A stretch of 64,000 nt of DNA, from positions 44,330,001 through 44,394,000 of the forward strand of contig NC_043010.1 of assembly GCF_006345805.1 (NCBI RefSeq). The letters are read 5' to 3'. This document shows, in pieces, positions 25,122 to 38,462 of this stretch (positions are counted from its first letter, which is position 1; every line of letters begins with the position of its first letter). The notes under the pieces were generated by a model that worked only from the letters and a program-made list of their open reading frames with translations, was not told the DNA's origin and searched no databases. A program made the translations under genes and the position numbers. The stretch is from Octopus sinensis (lineage: Eukaryota).

Positions 25122-26400
25122 CTGTAAACAGAAAAGCCGTTGGAAAACCGATTATAGCAGCAACTCCAAATTTGTTCGACAATAACTTTTCAGCATGGTC
25201 GCAGTCAAATGACTGAATGATAAAAGACGCGTGGGTGTGTGTGTGTTTGTCCCACACCATCGCTTGACAACCAGTGTTGGTTTGTTTACGTCCCCGTATC
25301 AAGAGACTGATACAAGAACCAGGTAAAATAGAAAAAGAATTACTGAGAACTCGTTCGTCTATAACCCTTCAAGGCTGTGCCCGGGAAGGCAGCAGTCTGA
25401 AACAAAAGTTATACTTGCTACAATGGGTAAAGAGCTTGTATCGTCTTTAATCCGAACCGAACATTCAGATTGATAGAAAACATGTCATCAGCCAAAAGCT
25501 CAGTGTTTTAATTAGTAACTGAGCACTTTAATTCCACTACTGCTGAGTTTGAAATATTACAAGTAGTAAAATACGTAAGAAAAAAAAAATGAACGAACAG
25601 GTTGAAAGAATAAGATATCAAGAGTTGTCTCCCTGAGACCAATGTACCAACTCACTAACGAGGGGGCTTTCTGTGTGGTCACTCGCTTGCTTTGCAAGAA
25701 ATAGCAGTTAAATCAGCACTCCATTTCCGTTTCTAGAGTCCCACAACAGTAAAAATATTTTACTTTGTTAGGAGTAGGTGTTTTCAGGTCAAAAATGGAA
25801 ATCTTTCCATTAGCGAATAATAATTGTTTCAATACGTTCGCATCAATATTATTAGTAGTAATACTGAGACCAGATTTGAACTGGATTCTGAATGATGTGC
25901 TCTGTATATTTATCACGATAGTATCTCTTGCAATTAGCACCCAGATCCTTTTTTTTTTTTTTCATACTTGCTATATCATTTGCCCAACAAAGTATAAAAC
26001 TGATGACTTATACATAGATAATTTTGCTAGGAAAATGTATGTTCAGGATGACAATTTCTTTCTACAAATTTTTAATGTACCACTATAGGGCAATCATCTG
26101 CACGATGTGGGTCGTATGAGTTTCATATCCTCACAACAATCAGGAAAGTTAAATGATAATGTTTCACAAAAGTAAATACGTCTCGTGTATTTGCTGTTCT
26201 AACACTCTGCTGTTAATATTCAATACACTTAGGTAGTTAAAAAGTCATGCTTTGTTCATATAAAAATGAATGTAATCAGAGAATATTTAAAGCAAAACTT
26301 GGGATTCTGCTATAGTTTCTGCATGTTAAGGATGGAATTAATCAAGGAATTGAAAAAGAAATTTGAAAGGAAGTTCTAATGATATAGCAAGAACATAATA

Positions 26401-26630
26401 TATTTCTTTACTACCCACAAGGGGCTAAACACAGAGGGGACAAACAAGGACAGACAAAGGGATTAAGTCGATTACATCGACCCTAGTGCGTAACTGGTAC
26501 TTAATTTATCGACCCCGAAAGGATGAAAGGCAAAGTCGACCTCGGCGGAATTTGAACTCGGAATGTAATGGCAGATGAAATACGGCTACGCATTTTGCCC
26601 GGCGTGCTAGCGTTTCTGCCAGCTCGCCGC
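26401..26630 (-). mobile_element. Young tRNA-derived SINE with 12-bp TSD
   Basis: CpGs retained. aagaacataata at 26389-26400 and 26631-26642. Confidence 0.9.
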
Positions 26631-27139
26631 AAGAACATAATAAATGTTTAAAACTGAGCCCTTAGAATTAAAGTTCATACATATAATGATGACTAAGCAA
26701 AGGAATAGATAGGAATGTTGCAGGATATGAAGCATAATAATATTTAAGGAGTGCAGCAGCATTCCAAGTAAGCTGGCTCTATGAACCAATATTTAACTAG
26801 TACTAAATATAGTGTTTCAACCATGTAAGTTGATGAAATCTAAACATATTGATGAGGCTATGGTTTAAGACAGCACAGAGTTCATTCTAAGAAGCAGATA
26901 AGTTATGTTACTAAGGCAATCTAATCATTGTTGGAATGATAAAATAAGATCCTTCTGATATTAAGAGTGAGTATTAGTGTCTAGAATATAAAGGAATTTA
27001 AAGAAGTTTAGAACTTTTCCCTATATGCAAAAAAAACAAAACTATTTGACATTTGTGAAATTCAGACTCAGAAAGTACATTGATGATGATACACAAAACT
27101 CTTTGCACAAAGGAAACAAAAAGTGAATATATATGTACA

Positions 27140-27172
<33 letters not shown>

Positions 27173-27618
27173 AGTGGACTCTCCCATCAACTTTGACAAA
27201 TGAACTTTCAGTTGTTCAGTAAAATAAATGACCTACTCATTGAATTAGTAAGTGGAGTGGCTGTATTTTCTATTGATGTGTGTAGTTTTAATGCAATTTC
27301 CAAGTAGAATCAATGTAACAAGACTAGACTTTTGAATCATGGGTACAGTCCATCTGAATAGCTTCTTCACAGATTATGTCTACCAAGTTTATTCCCAAGG
27401 CTTGATTCCACCCAAGCCTTGTGAGTAAAGGCACTTTCTCAAGCTGCTATGCAACGGGATCGAACCTTGAACCTCAATATTGCATTTAGCCTTGCCTCTG
27501 TCCCTTATGCATGCATATATACATACATACAAACAAACAAGCAAAAAACAAATAAGTTGTTGTGTGCAGTGAATAGTGAGAATCAGAGCAATGACACCCA
27601 TATTCATTCTGGTAGATT

Positions 27619-28072
27619 CATCATCATCATCATCGTTTAGCGTCCGTTTTCCATGCTAGCATGGGTTGGACGGTTCTACTGGGGTCTGTGAAGCCAGAAG
27701 GCTTCATCAGGCCCAGTTAAATATGGCAGTGTTTCTACGGCTGGATGCCCTTCCTAACGCCAACCACTCCGTGAGTGTAGTGAGTGCTTTTTACGTGCCA
27801 CCCGCACAGGTGCCAGACAGAGCTGGCAAACGGCCACGAACGGATGGTGCTTTTTATGTGCCACCGGCACGGGGGCCAGGCGAGGCTGGCAACGGACACG
27901 AACGGATGGTGCTTTTTACGTGCCACCGGCACGAGGCCAGTCGGGGCGGCGCTGGCAACGGTCACGAAATGGAAGGTTCTCTTACATGCCACCGGCACTG
28001 GTAACACATCTGCAATTTCCATTGATCGATTTCGATTCTGATCCTCACTTGCCTCAACAGGTCTTCACAAGT
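27619..28072 (-). mobile_element. Truncated RTE LINE 3' end with an internal ~63-bp tandem array
   Basis: Units starting gtgcttttta at 27784, 27847 and 27909, plus a degenerate unit at ~27975. (GAT)n tail. Confidence 0.85.
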
Positions 28073-29818
28073 AGAGTTTAGACTGTGAATATGCTAATCA
28101 ATGTTATATTTCATCATTGGAGAAAAACTTCTTTCAGATAAATATGTGTTCATAACATACTTGATTCATTAGCAAAGCGGGACTTTGGGACATCAGGTGT
28201 TTTGACATCATTCTGTCTCCTCAGCCAAAGCCACCTTAGATTCATTAGTCTGGTGTACAGATGGGAGATTTAAGACAGTAGGGTGTCTTTAGAACAAGAC
28301 ATGAAGGTGAAAGGATGATAGAAGGTTTTGAATAAAGACAGATCTGATACCATCCCTTGGTAATGAGATTGAATAGAGAATATCACACAAAATGTGGGAA
28401 AGGAAGAGTGAGTGATAGGAAGAGATAAGATGGCAGATGAAGAAGAGAGGATGAACAAATCTAATTTCAACTCAACTAATCACAAAATTTTCGATCTAAT
28501 TGAAGACATGCAATTCTTATGCTCTCAAGCAAATTGCATACAGGCACATTGGTTTCTCAGAGAGATATACATTTTTTTTTTATTAATGTGTATCGCATCC
28601 TACAAACCAAAATTAGTTTTATCATTTTATGGTAGTGATACCAGTCTGCACATAGCATTTCTGTCAAATGTCATTCAAAATGTCAATTAGCAATCATTTT
28701 CCTGTTCTTCGTCAGCAAATGATGAAAGTATTGATCCATCTTTTCAGAAATTTTTTTAGTTACTACCCTGATTGAAGATAGTCAGAAAAAACATTAGTTT
28801 CATTGAAAAGATTTACAATATGATAAACCATAGTTACTGAGCCTTCAACATCAGCAGTTATAGTTAAAAATCTCTATTTCAGCTTATGCAGTTAAAAAAT
28901 TCTTGATCACATTTTTGTTGATAAACACTTTTATTTCCCAACACAACAGATCTTAGCAGGAGATAATCAAATAGTTATGAATAGTTTGTCTTATTTAGAA
29001 TATTAAAATATTAAAATAAAAATAATTTTTTTCTCAAATGTGCTTAAATTAAGTGACATTTGCATTCGAGGTTCAACAAATACAGTTGGTAGTCCTTTAC
29101 CTGAAATACTTGGGACCAGACTGGAAGTGTTTTGGATTTCAAAATGATGACATATTTGTTTTTAGTACATTGGAACAGCTTGGGTCTGGGACCCAGATCT
29201 AAATATATGTATTTACATTTCATAATACAGTTTCAGGCTTGGTTATGTGGTTAAGAAGCTTGTAACCATGTGGTTTTGGGTTCAGTCCCACTGCACAGCA
29301 CTTGGAGCAAATATCTTCTACTATATCCATGGACTGACCAATGACCTTATGAGTGAATTTGGTAGATGGAAACTGTGTGGAAGCTTGTTGTATATCTGTG
29401 TGTGTGTATGCATGTGTAAGTGTGTGTGTGTGTGTGTGTGTTCCTGTTTGACAACCAGTGTTGATTTGCTTATGCCCCTATAACTCAGTGGTCAGGTGAA
29501 AGAGATCTGATAGAATAAAAACCAGACCTAAAAAAAAGTACTGGATTTATTTGTTCATCTAAGCCCTTCAAGGCAGTGCTCCAGCATGGCTGCAGTCTAA
29601 TGATTACAAGATATACTGTGACGAGTAGTTTTATAAAAATCTTGTGATAGTCCAATTTCACATGACATTAATTTTCACCAAAATAATTCTTATTACACTT
29701 TTTACTATCAACTTGTCAACAACATAGAACAATTTAAAAAAAACCTTTCCAATTACCTTCAAGAATTTCCCAATTGTGGCACTTCTAATATGCAAAAGAA
29801 ATATTTGATTTTGGTTAT

Positions 29819-30356
29819 ACTCTTTTGGTATCAACCTGCCTGAGACTGACCCTGATTCTATGATAAAAAATTTATCATCATCATCAACAACATTTAACAT
29901 CCTTTTTCCATGCTGGAATGGATTGAACAGCTTGGCAGGAGCTGACAGGGTGAGGGGCTGCACCAGGTTTCATAGTTTGTTTTGGCTTAGTTTCTACAGC
30001 TGGATGCCCTTCCTAACACCAACAACTTTACAGAGTGTACTTGGTGTTTTTTACGTGGCACCAGCACCTATACCAATGCTTTTTGTGTGGCACCTTGATT
30101 TTAGGGTCTTAATTCTGTTGTGGTGGGCAGGTCTTCTCGAGTACAACAACGCAACACATATCTTGGTACTCTGTCATCATAAAATTTATATTTTAAAATA
30201 TTCTAAGTTAAAAACTTTCCGTTAAAATTTTGTGTTAATTTATGTACCAAACACCAGCTTAATAGTGACAGAGTTATTTTACGAAATTCTGCATTATCTA
30301 AAAAATTAATTGAAATAAAGGCAGTGTATTTGAACAGAGAAATGATAATGAAAGGG
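29819..30356. mobile_element. piggyBac-type MITE (family 1) split by an RTE-tail insertion at ~29876-30176
   Basis: Left end ctcttttggtatcaacctgcctgagac and right end taatgaaaggg|TTAA match the copy at 3805-4024. Confidence 0.7.
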
Positions 30357-32833
30357 TTAAGAAAATGGATTATATACTGTGCTTTCAATGACTGCATAAT
30401 GCTAATTAAAATTTTTGTGTGTTTAAACTTAACACTATTTGAAAAAATAAAAAATTCTCATTTTGTCTATATGTAGTTTTGAATCATCAGTAATTAAATA
30501 AACGGAAATAATTGAAGTTTACTCATCAGTATATCCTCATTTTTAAACAAAGCAAAGTCACTGTGCATGCGTGTATATATGTGTATGCATGTATGCTTCT
30601 ATATGTATATGTACATATAAGATTTTTGTTATTAGAAAATTTTGGAATATTGTAGTTAACACTGTTGTTGTTGTTATGTAGTAGAAAGACTATCAAAATG
30701 TTTGCTAAGTGGAATAAATTATATCTAAGTGTATCTGTCCTTTGATATTTGAGGTAATAGAAGAGAGAGAAAATATATTAACAAAAATTGAAAAGACTTA
30801 AAAAAAAAAAGAAATGTAAACACTTAACTTGGCAGGGTAAAGAAATGAGTCATTCCCTGAGATAAAGCATTTGGATTTGTATGTGTGTGTATGTGTAATT
30901 ATGTCATAGAAAAAAGCCGAGAGAAATGTAATAACATGCACACTCGTATATACCACACATACCACCACCTGTCTATTTGTTTGCCTGCATGCATGTATGT
31001 ACATAAGTACATATGTAGGCATCTAAGAGGCATCCATCAGCATTGCAGACTGAGCACACCTGTGGAAGAAGATGAAGAGCAAGTGCTGAAATGATTAGGA
31101 AGCCTAATCATTTAAACCTGCAGTCTTGACTGTAGATATCACACACACATTTACACTCTGGTGGAGCCCTGAACCCCACATGGAGGTGTAGGATTACAGC
31201 CAAGACACAGCATATCTTGGGTATTTTTGAAGCTGATAAAGCTCATCCCACTTTTTATCTGAGCACAGGCAAAATGCTAGTGTCAGGTTACTGACACCCA
31301 TACCAGTGGTACATAAAAACACACACTACACTCTCGGAGTGATTGGTGTTATGAATGGCATCCAGCCTCAGAAACCTTGTCAAATCAGGTCGGAAGCTGG
31401 TGCAACCCCCAGATTTCCAGTTTTCAGTCAAACTGTCCAACCCATGCCAGCATGGAAAGTGAACATATGATAATGATGATGATGATGGTGTCATGCAAAA
31501 AGTACTCATGCCAGTGCCATGTTAAAAGCATCTAGCACATTCTGTAAAGCAGCTGGCATTAGGAAGAGAAACAAAAACCAAGCCAAATCAAACTGGAACC
31601 TGGTACAGCTTTCCAGCTTGCCACCTCTGGTCAAACTTTCCAACCTATGCTAGCATGGAAAACAAATGTTAAGGGATGATGATTATAGATGTACATACAT
31701 ACAATTGACATTGTGACATTACTTATGCTTTGCATGCTTGTATGTGATCAGAATTATTCTACCTCTTGACAAAAACAAACTTGCAATCTTATTCAAGCTA
31801 ACAGTATCCTCTACTGACTTAGCTAAAGAAATTATTTGCTATGTCCTTGACTTGGCTGATCACACCGAAACCTCAGTAACTACCCATTCCCAGTGCATTG
31901 GCTGTGTTGCCCCTCATTGCAGGTGATGACCTCTTAGGATCATTTCTATAAAGGATCACATAATCAAGTGGCAGTTCTACAGGAGATGGAGAATCTGGCG
32001 ATATCAGCCCCTTGAAAACATTATCATAATTAGCAGACATACTTGGGGAAAATATTTAAGAGTTATTTGTTCAATTGATGCTAGATGAGCTTTTTAATCG
32101 ATATATTTAGTCCAGGTTGTATTTCTGCCAGCACAAATGAGACGAGGAAAATTTTGATAGGTTGTCCTTGTGATGAACCAGTTATCCAGTCTTGTATTTT
32201 TATCTTATCTGTTTCAATCATTAGACTGCACCACATTGGGGCACCACCTTGAAGAACTTTAAGTCAAATGAGTTGACCTCAGTTCTTATTTTGCTTTTGA
32301 GCCTGATACTTATTCTATCGGTCTCTTTTTGCCAAACTGCTAAGTTACAGAGTTATAAACAAACCAACACCAGTTGTCAATCAGTGGTGGTTGTGGGACA
32401 CAGACACACACACACACACACACATACATACAGTTTCTGTCTTGGTTGGCCTGAGGCTATAGTAGAAGACACTAGCCCAAGGCACCACACAGTGGGACTG
32501 AACCTGCACCCATGTTGTTGGGAAGCAAGCTTCTTACCACACAGCCATGCCTGTACCTATAAAACTGCTTTATTCTAAAAATGGTTTACTGTTTTTTTCT
32601 TAAATTATCAACTAATTTCTCAGTTGGAAATAACTTGCATGCACCAGAATAAACTCAGGGTAAGATATAATACAGTTTCAATTACAGTTGAAGCCATTTC
32701 ACTAGTGCAGGTAATGTACTTGGAAAAAACAAAAAAGTCATGTGACAAATTTTCCATTCCTCTAATTTTGACATAATTAATATTTATTCATGACCTGCTG
32801 TGTATAACAACATCAACATGAAAATAAATATCA

Positions 32834-33174
32834 AATGGAAATTGTAGTTGTGATGCCTGTGCTGGGGGCATGTAAAAGGCACCATCCAACTGTGGCCGAT
32901 GCCAGCGCCGCCTTGACTGGTTTCTGTGCCAGTGGCATGTAAAAAGCACCAACCGATCGTGGCCACTGCCAGCCTCGTCTGGCACCTGTGCCGGTGGCAC
33001 GTAAAAAGCACCCACTACACTCACGGAGTGGTTAGCATTAGGAAGGGCATCCAGCTGTAGAAACACTGCCATATCATACTGGACCCTGGTGCAGCCTCCT
33101 GGCTTCTCAGACCCCAGTCGAACCGTCCAACCCGTGCTAGCATGGAAAACGGATGTTAAACGATGATGATGATG
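32834..33174 (+). mobile_element. Truncated RTE LINE 3' end with tandem units
   Basis: Reverse orientation of the 27619 family, with (GAT)n tail. Confidence 0.85.
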
Positions 33175-34635
33175 AACAAAATAAGGGAATGAGTTTCAAA
33201 ATCATCAGGAAATGTAGATGTTTTTATGAAACTACATAACTAAAACCAAAGTTTTCCTCTCAATTCCTTATTCACAATTTAAATGAAAAACTTTTTAAAT
33301 GTTCATTTGCTTCATTTTAAAATCTGTTGTAGTACATAGCAGTTTCTTCTATCAAAGTGGGGAACACTGGATCTCAAAGACATCATTGCTTACATGTCTA
33401 ACACAGGATTACAATACAGGATATATGGTGAAACTGAAGATCTTTTCAGCCCAAGCTATCATGGAAACAAAAATACACTAAAGAAACAATGGTTGTTTAA
33501 CAACTTCAGACCAGCCATGAACAAGCAGATGTTCTAGCGGTAATCTCTACTCAGCTACCTTATCTATTACTCCTTTATTTTTTATTTAAAATGATAATTT
33601 AAGAGAGAGATTTCTTTATCACTAGCAGGTCAAGTGATTGTAGAGACTACTTGTTGGCTCACAGTAATGATGGTGGTAATGATAAGGGTTATAAATACTA
33701 AACATGTCAGTGGAGTAAACACTAAAAGCACATTGGCTATACAGTGGGAGGTGATTTTGGTGTTGTTGTTGGTGGTGGGACAAAGGAAGTAATGGTAGAA
33801 CATTGTGTTGAAGAAGTAGCTTGTTCATATGGTTCTATCCTCCAACTAATTGCAGCAGATGTAGAGATAAAGTTATCCCTCTCACACATACACACACATA
33901 CTACCATGATTGCGCAACTTAGTGAAGCAGGAAGTAACTAATATACCAGTACTACAACATTATTTTTGCGTATCTAGTTTAAAGCTTTGAATTACTATGC
34001 TTAAATCCACCACTGTTAAATAAAACGAATAAAAATAATAGACTTAAATCAACAGTTTGATATTCCTACTTATTGCCTATGTAAACAATTTGGATGAAAA
34101 GATCCAATTTTTCTTTATAAACAGATTCATTTTCTATTCTATAGGAGAAGGAGAGATTTGATACAAATGCAAGTGAACCATAAACTATACATCATTTCGA
34201 ATCTTAAGTTTGACTTTGCTTTTCATTCATATGTATGAATGATATAAAAATCAATAATATATTGGACTGAAGTTAGTAGTCTATATCTCCTTAAAAAAAA
34301 CAAAAAAAAAACAAAATGACTGTATCACATCAAACAATATATATTTAGAAGGTTATGGCCAGTCAGAGAGTGATCATTGGTTTTGCACCAATAAAGCTCT
34401 TAGCTATATAGTTGCCTATACAGTTAAGAGCTTTATCAGTCTGAAACCAATGGTCACTTTCTGACCAGCCATAAAAAAAAAAAAACTTTCTAAATATTTT
34501 TACGCTAATGTTTTAGAGTCTGCTTCTTTTTCAGATATATGAACTACTGACTGATATAATAATATATCTTCTTTATCTTTATCTAGTTTCAGCTCACGAG
34601 CTGTGGCCATGCTGGGCACCGCCATTAAAAATATC

Positions 34636-34747
34636 TGCCCTGGGTGAGGCTCGAACTCACAACCTCCGCACATCTCCTGTTTTGTGAACAACACAAAGAA
34701 GGTACTGTCTATAAGTACAGCGTGCTAACCGACTGTGCCACCGGCAT
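34636..34747 (-). tRNA. Intron-containing tRNA-Ile(TAT), probably a pseudogene
   Basis: GCCGGTGGCACAGTCGGTTAGCACGCTGTAC-T-TAT-A, a ~38-nt intron (34709-34672), then TGCGGAGGTTGTGAGTTCGAGCCTCACCCAGGGCA. Anticodon at 34713-34711, perfect T stem, T5 Pol III terminator just downstream. Acceptor and D stems are mismatched. Confidence 0.85.
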
Positions 34748-34839
34748 AGATATATAATATATGTTGTTAAATATACACACAGATACACACATATATTAAG
34801 CACATTATTAAAGCAATAAAAATTTCTTTTTTAAGTGAA

Positions 34840-35140
34840 AGGAATTTCAACTTGCATTCCCTACACAGAACATCAAATTAGTGAGTGTACTAGTGAAGAA
34901 ATACTTGAGAAGACTTGTAAGCCAAGAAACTCTTCTGTCAGTTTGAAAAGGCTATAAATGAAGTGGTTTGGTCATATAAAACAACACCATGAAACCCTAC
35001 CTTTAATAAACAGACATGCATGGACAAATACTGATAAAATAGGAATAAGAAGAGCACAAGAGTGGGTTTGAGCAATATTATAGAATGAATAAGGACAAAG
35101 ATGGTGGAAAACTTGAGGTGTAGAAGGTAAGCCTCCCAAG
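34840..35140 (+). mobile_element. Old RTE-type LINE ORF2 C-terminal relic
   Basis: Degenerate frame with KWFGHIKQH, equivalent to the RTE LxWFGHV motif. Confidence 0.55.
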
Positions 35141-35604
35141 ACTTGATTTTGAATGATTAGTGCATTTCACAAACTATTCTGTCTTCATTCTCCCAAGTTT
35201 TTAATTTGTCCTCATCTTACTTTCATTAAAGTTGTTCTAGGTATTCAAAACAAATGAAAATATTTCTTCCACTAATTAATGAAAATTTGGAGGTATTTTA
35301 TAGACTACCAAACATACACTATGAAATAAATAAAAATTAATGCAAAATCTATCTTGTATATATATATTTGGCAGGCAAAGCTAAAGCTGAAATTGTGTGT
35401 TAGAAAAAATATTGCAGAGATCAGTGAAAAGATCACAGTCTTTGAAACAAGACAGTATATAATATGAAAAACAAAAAAAAACCAATAAAATATATCATTA
35501 TCACCAATCATATATAATATATAATTAGCATAAAGGATGCTACAATCATAAGCAAAAAGAGTTGATAAAACAAAAGATAGAAATAAAAACAAAATCTCTT
35601 TTAC

Positions 35605-36049
35605 CTTCTGAAGCGGGTACAAATCCTTCATTTGCAATATCTTGAGAATCTGTTTCATCAGCAACGAAATCTGGAGCCATTTCTGGGTAAGAATCCGAAG
35701 AAAGGCTCGTCTCTAATTGAGGAATGCAGTTGAATGGAGAAGAAGAAGAAGAAGGATCAACCTTGATCTTGTCATCATATGTCAAGTCCTGTCCATTGAT
35801 CTGAGGAGGCACTTGAACCACAGGGATTTTATCTTTGCCCTTTCGGACAAGTTTTGAAAGACTCTTTTTATTTGGTTTCTCTTTGAGAGGCGAATGCTCT
35901 TCATTTAGTGAGCTTTGTTCAGGGTAAGAAGAGACCATATCCACAGGGCTGTTGATATGTTGATCTACTCCAATGTTACTTGGTATCTCTGCTGTTGATG
36001 GAGATGATTTCTTTTCTGATATCATTATCTTTATGTCATCATCACCATC
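35605..36049 (-). CDS. 445-nt coding exon of unidentified gene C (S/P/E/D-rich, likely disordered): DGDDDIKIMISEKK...NEGFVPASE
   Basis: 148 open codons in AT-rich DNA. Acceptor tattttgcttttgttattcag and donor GAAG|gtaaaa, phase 0 to 1. No family motif recognised. Confidence 0.85.
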
Positions 36050-36173
36050 CTGAATAACAAAAGCAAAATAAGTAATAAATATTTTTGGTTTAAAAAAAAG
36101 ACAAAATTGCTTTTCGTAAAAGAGGGAGGTTACAAAACTTGGTGTATTTTGGATACTTATGTTAAAGACTTAC

Positions 36174-36179
36174 TTTCAT
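36174..36179 (-). CDS. Possible start of gene C (ATG AAA, MK)
   Basis: ATGAAA|gtaagt donor in phase 0, 124 nt upstream of the 36049 acceptor, with an in-frame stop just upstream. Confidence 0.35.
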
Positions 36180-36539
36180 TGGTTATAAAGCAAAAATCCA
36201 TCTTAGTAGTAATTGAATTTGGAAATGTGAGGCATCTTCCTTATTGTTTTAAGGTATCACTCTTAATAGGAACAGCAGCTCCTATTAAGTTACCAAGTAG
36301 CTGCTAGGTAACCCATATATTATAGTATACAACAAAATTTGTCTCAATGTGTTGTACCTAAAGTGTTTCTAATAACTGAGCCTATCCTTCTCCATGCTGA
36401 AGTCATCCATCTTTAAGCTAAACCTTTAGGAAATACACTAAGCTAACGAAACTAGTTAATTCTACTGGGCTTTCATAACTAACAGCAGTGAACAATTCCT
36501 TTTGACTGAAGAACTGAGGATCAAGTATTTTTTTAGCAG

Positions 36540-36597
36540 CGAAACAGTGTACTTTTGAGGATGAGATAAGAACTACTGAGCCAAGATGATGGAGAAG
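36540..36597 (+). other. Candidate plus-strand exon antisense to gene C
   Basis: Acceptor tattttttttagcag and donor GAGAAG|gtaagt. All frames are closed except a terminal ATG ATG GAG AAG. Confidence 0.3.
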
Positions 36598-38111
36598 GTA
36601 AGTACTGTTGTGTACAATTAATGTAGAGTTTGAAAATTTGGGAGTTAATGTATTGCAAATACATTGGTTTTTAGAATTAAAACTTTGTTTTTGATGCTTA
36701 TTGTGGGACTTTAAGGTGAAAAATAGAATACTGAGATTGATTTAATGTGAGGGCTTCAAGTATAATTAGCAAATTTTGGACATTGATGTAAATTATAGAA
36801 ATACTAGAAGAAGCAAAAAAAAAAAGAGACTATGAAATTATGATGGGCAAAAAAATTGAGCATTACTATAAAAAAAGTAGAGTTTTTTTATACACATAAA
36901 CACACATATTACACTTGTTATAACAATCACTAAATCAATAGTCTGTGTTTGTGAGCCATGGAAGCAAATATGAACAGCCAGGAAAACAAGAGACTGCTAG
37001 CTGTTTTCAATTTTTGAGGTGAGGATGTAAAATAGTACCTTTGTTAATGAACTGTGATTTCATACATCAGACAATTGTATTAGGGTGCCCCCACCCCCGC
37101 CTGAAAATTTAACTCTCATTCCACAAAACGCATGATCATTTGGCAGTTAGAAATAGTAGTCAAGTCTCTCTCAAATCACATTTTACTAACTTTAAGAACA
37201 AAACAAAATAGGATACTGGATGGTCAGAATTATTTGCTTAACTAGGATTACCAGAGGTTAAACAATAAGAGTAAGAAATAAGAAACAGAATACATCTTTA
37301 GTATATGAAAAATTTCAACTGAAGTTAAATAATAACTAACCACTGATTAATATTCATATATATAATAGTTAATTATGCGAGCCTCTAAATGGCTGCTCAT
37401 CTTGCTAGAAATAGAAACTGAGATATTTGGGTTTTTGGAATTACACTCAGGAGAATTTTGTATGTTTGTAATGAGAAGTTCTCTTTTGTTTATATTGGCT
37501 ATAAAAGCAGCAATGATTTTTTGGTGCAACTATAACTACCCTTAATGATATTTCTATTAAATACCTTATATATCTATAATGTTCTTATTAAGAGTTAGTT
37601 ATAGGAATTATTTACTGCTGTAAAAAGGTTTGTAGTTTTATCTGATAGCAAGAAGTTTTGTTTCTTATTGTTTTTTATTGATATATTTATATGCCAATAA
37701 AACCAGGAAATTGGCCCTTATGACCCAGGCATGGCTTGAGAAGGAACAAACAAACCCTTCCTCCTTACTCATCATAAACCTGCACCCACTTCACGTTTAG
37801 TTAACCAAGGGAAATAACTCACCCCCAACAAAATATGTAATCAGTTACACCCATAATCATATTTTAAACTCATAATACAATACTGGAGACTATATCAAAA
37901 AAATTACAATTCATGGAGGTTGAGTTATTAATTAAACAGCTTCCCAGGATATGAAACTATAATCCATGATGAATTATCACTAAGGAATTATATAATTTAA
38001 CATCTTTCACTCTATGTATTGAATGCTCTGACTTTCTTCATGTAAAAATCTATAGAAGTGACACTAAGTAAACAGCACATGATATTTCATTCCACACTTT
38101 ACTGTTCTTAC

Positions 38112-38164
38112 CAAACAGTCACTTATTGTAACGATTTACTAAATTTGTGTAAAGTCAAAGACTT
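38112..38164 (-). other. Candidate non-coding (5'UTR) exon of gene C
   Basis: Acceptor ttttcatacctcctgtatctcttag and donor TTTG|gtaaga. Stops in all three frames. Confidence 0.4.
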
Positions 38165-38245
38165 CTAAGAGATACAGGAGGTATGAAAAGTTATGATGAT
38201 TACACTTTTCTTGAGGATATTAGTAATGTAACTGAAGCGGTTTAA

Positions 38246-38456
38246 CCCTTTCGTTACTGTATTTATTTTAAGATGCTCTGTGTTTCTTTCAATTACTTTA
38301 AATATAACAAAGAATTTAGTAAAATAACTTATCATTCAGCCAGTGTTTGGAACATAAATTGTGACAAAGGGTTAGTGGAAGATTTTAATTCAGAACTTAT
38401 GAAAACAAGACATTTGTACTACAGAGCCAGATTCAGTCCAGTTGGTAATGAAAGGG
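38246..38456. mobile_element. piggyBac-type MITE (family 1)
   Basis: TTAA|ccctttcgttac ... gtaatgaaaggg|TTAA. Confidence 0.85.
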
Positions 38457-38462
38457 TTAAAG

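Noticed and set aside
25713-26088. Overlapping ORFs on both strands near the poly-T tract
   Set aside because: No acceptor, in-frame stop upstream of the minus frame, no recognisable motif.
29658-29963. 101-aa minus-strand ORF with an AAG|gtaatt donor
   Set aside because: Its 5' part and putative acceptor lie in a piggyBac MITE end and an RTE tail.
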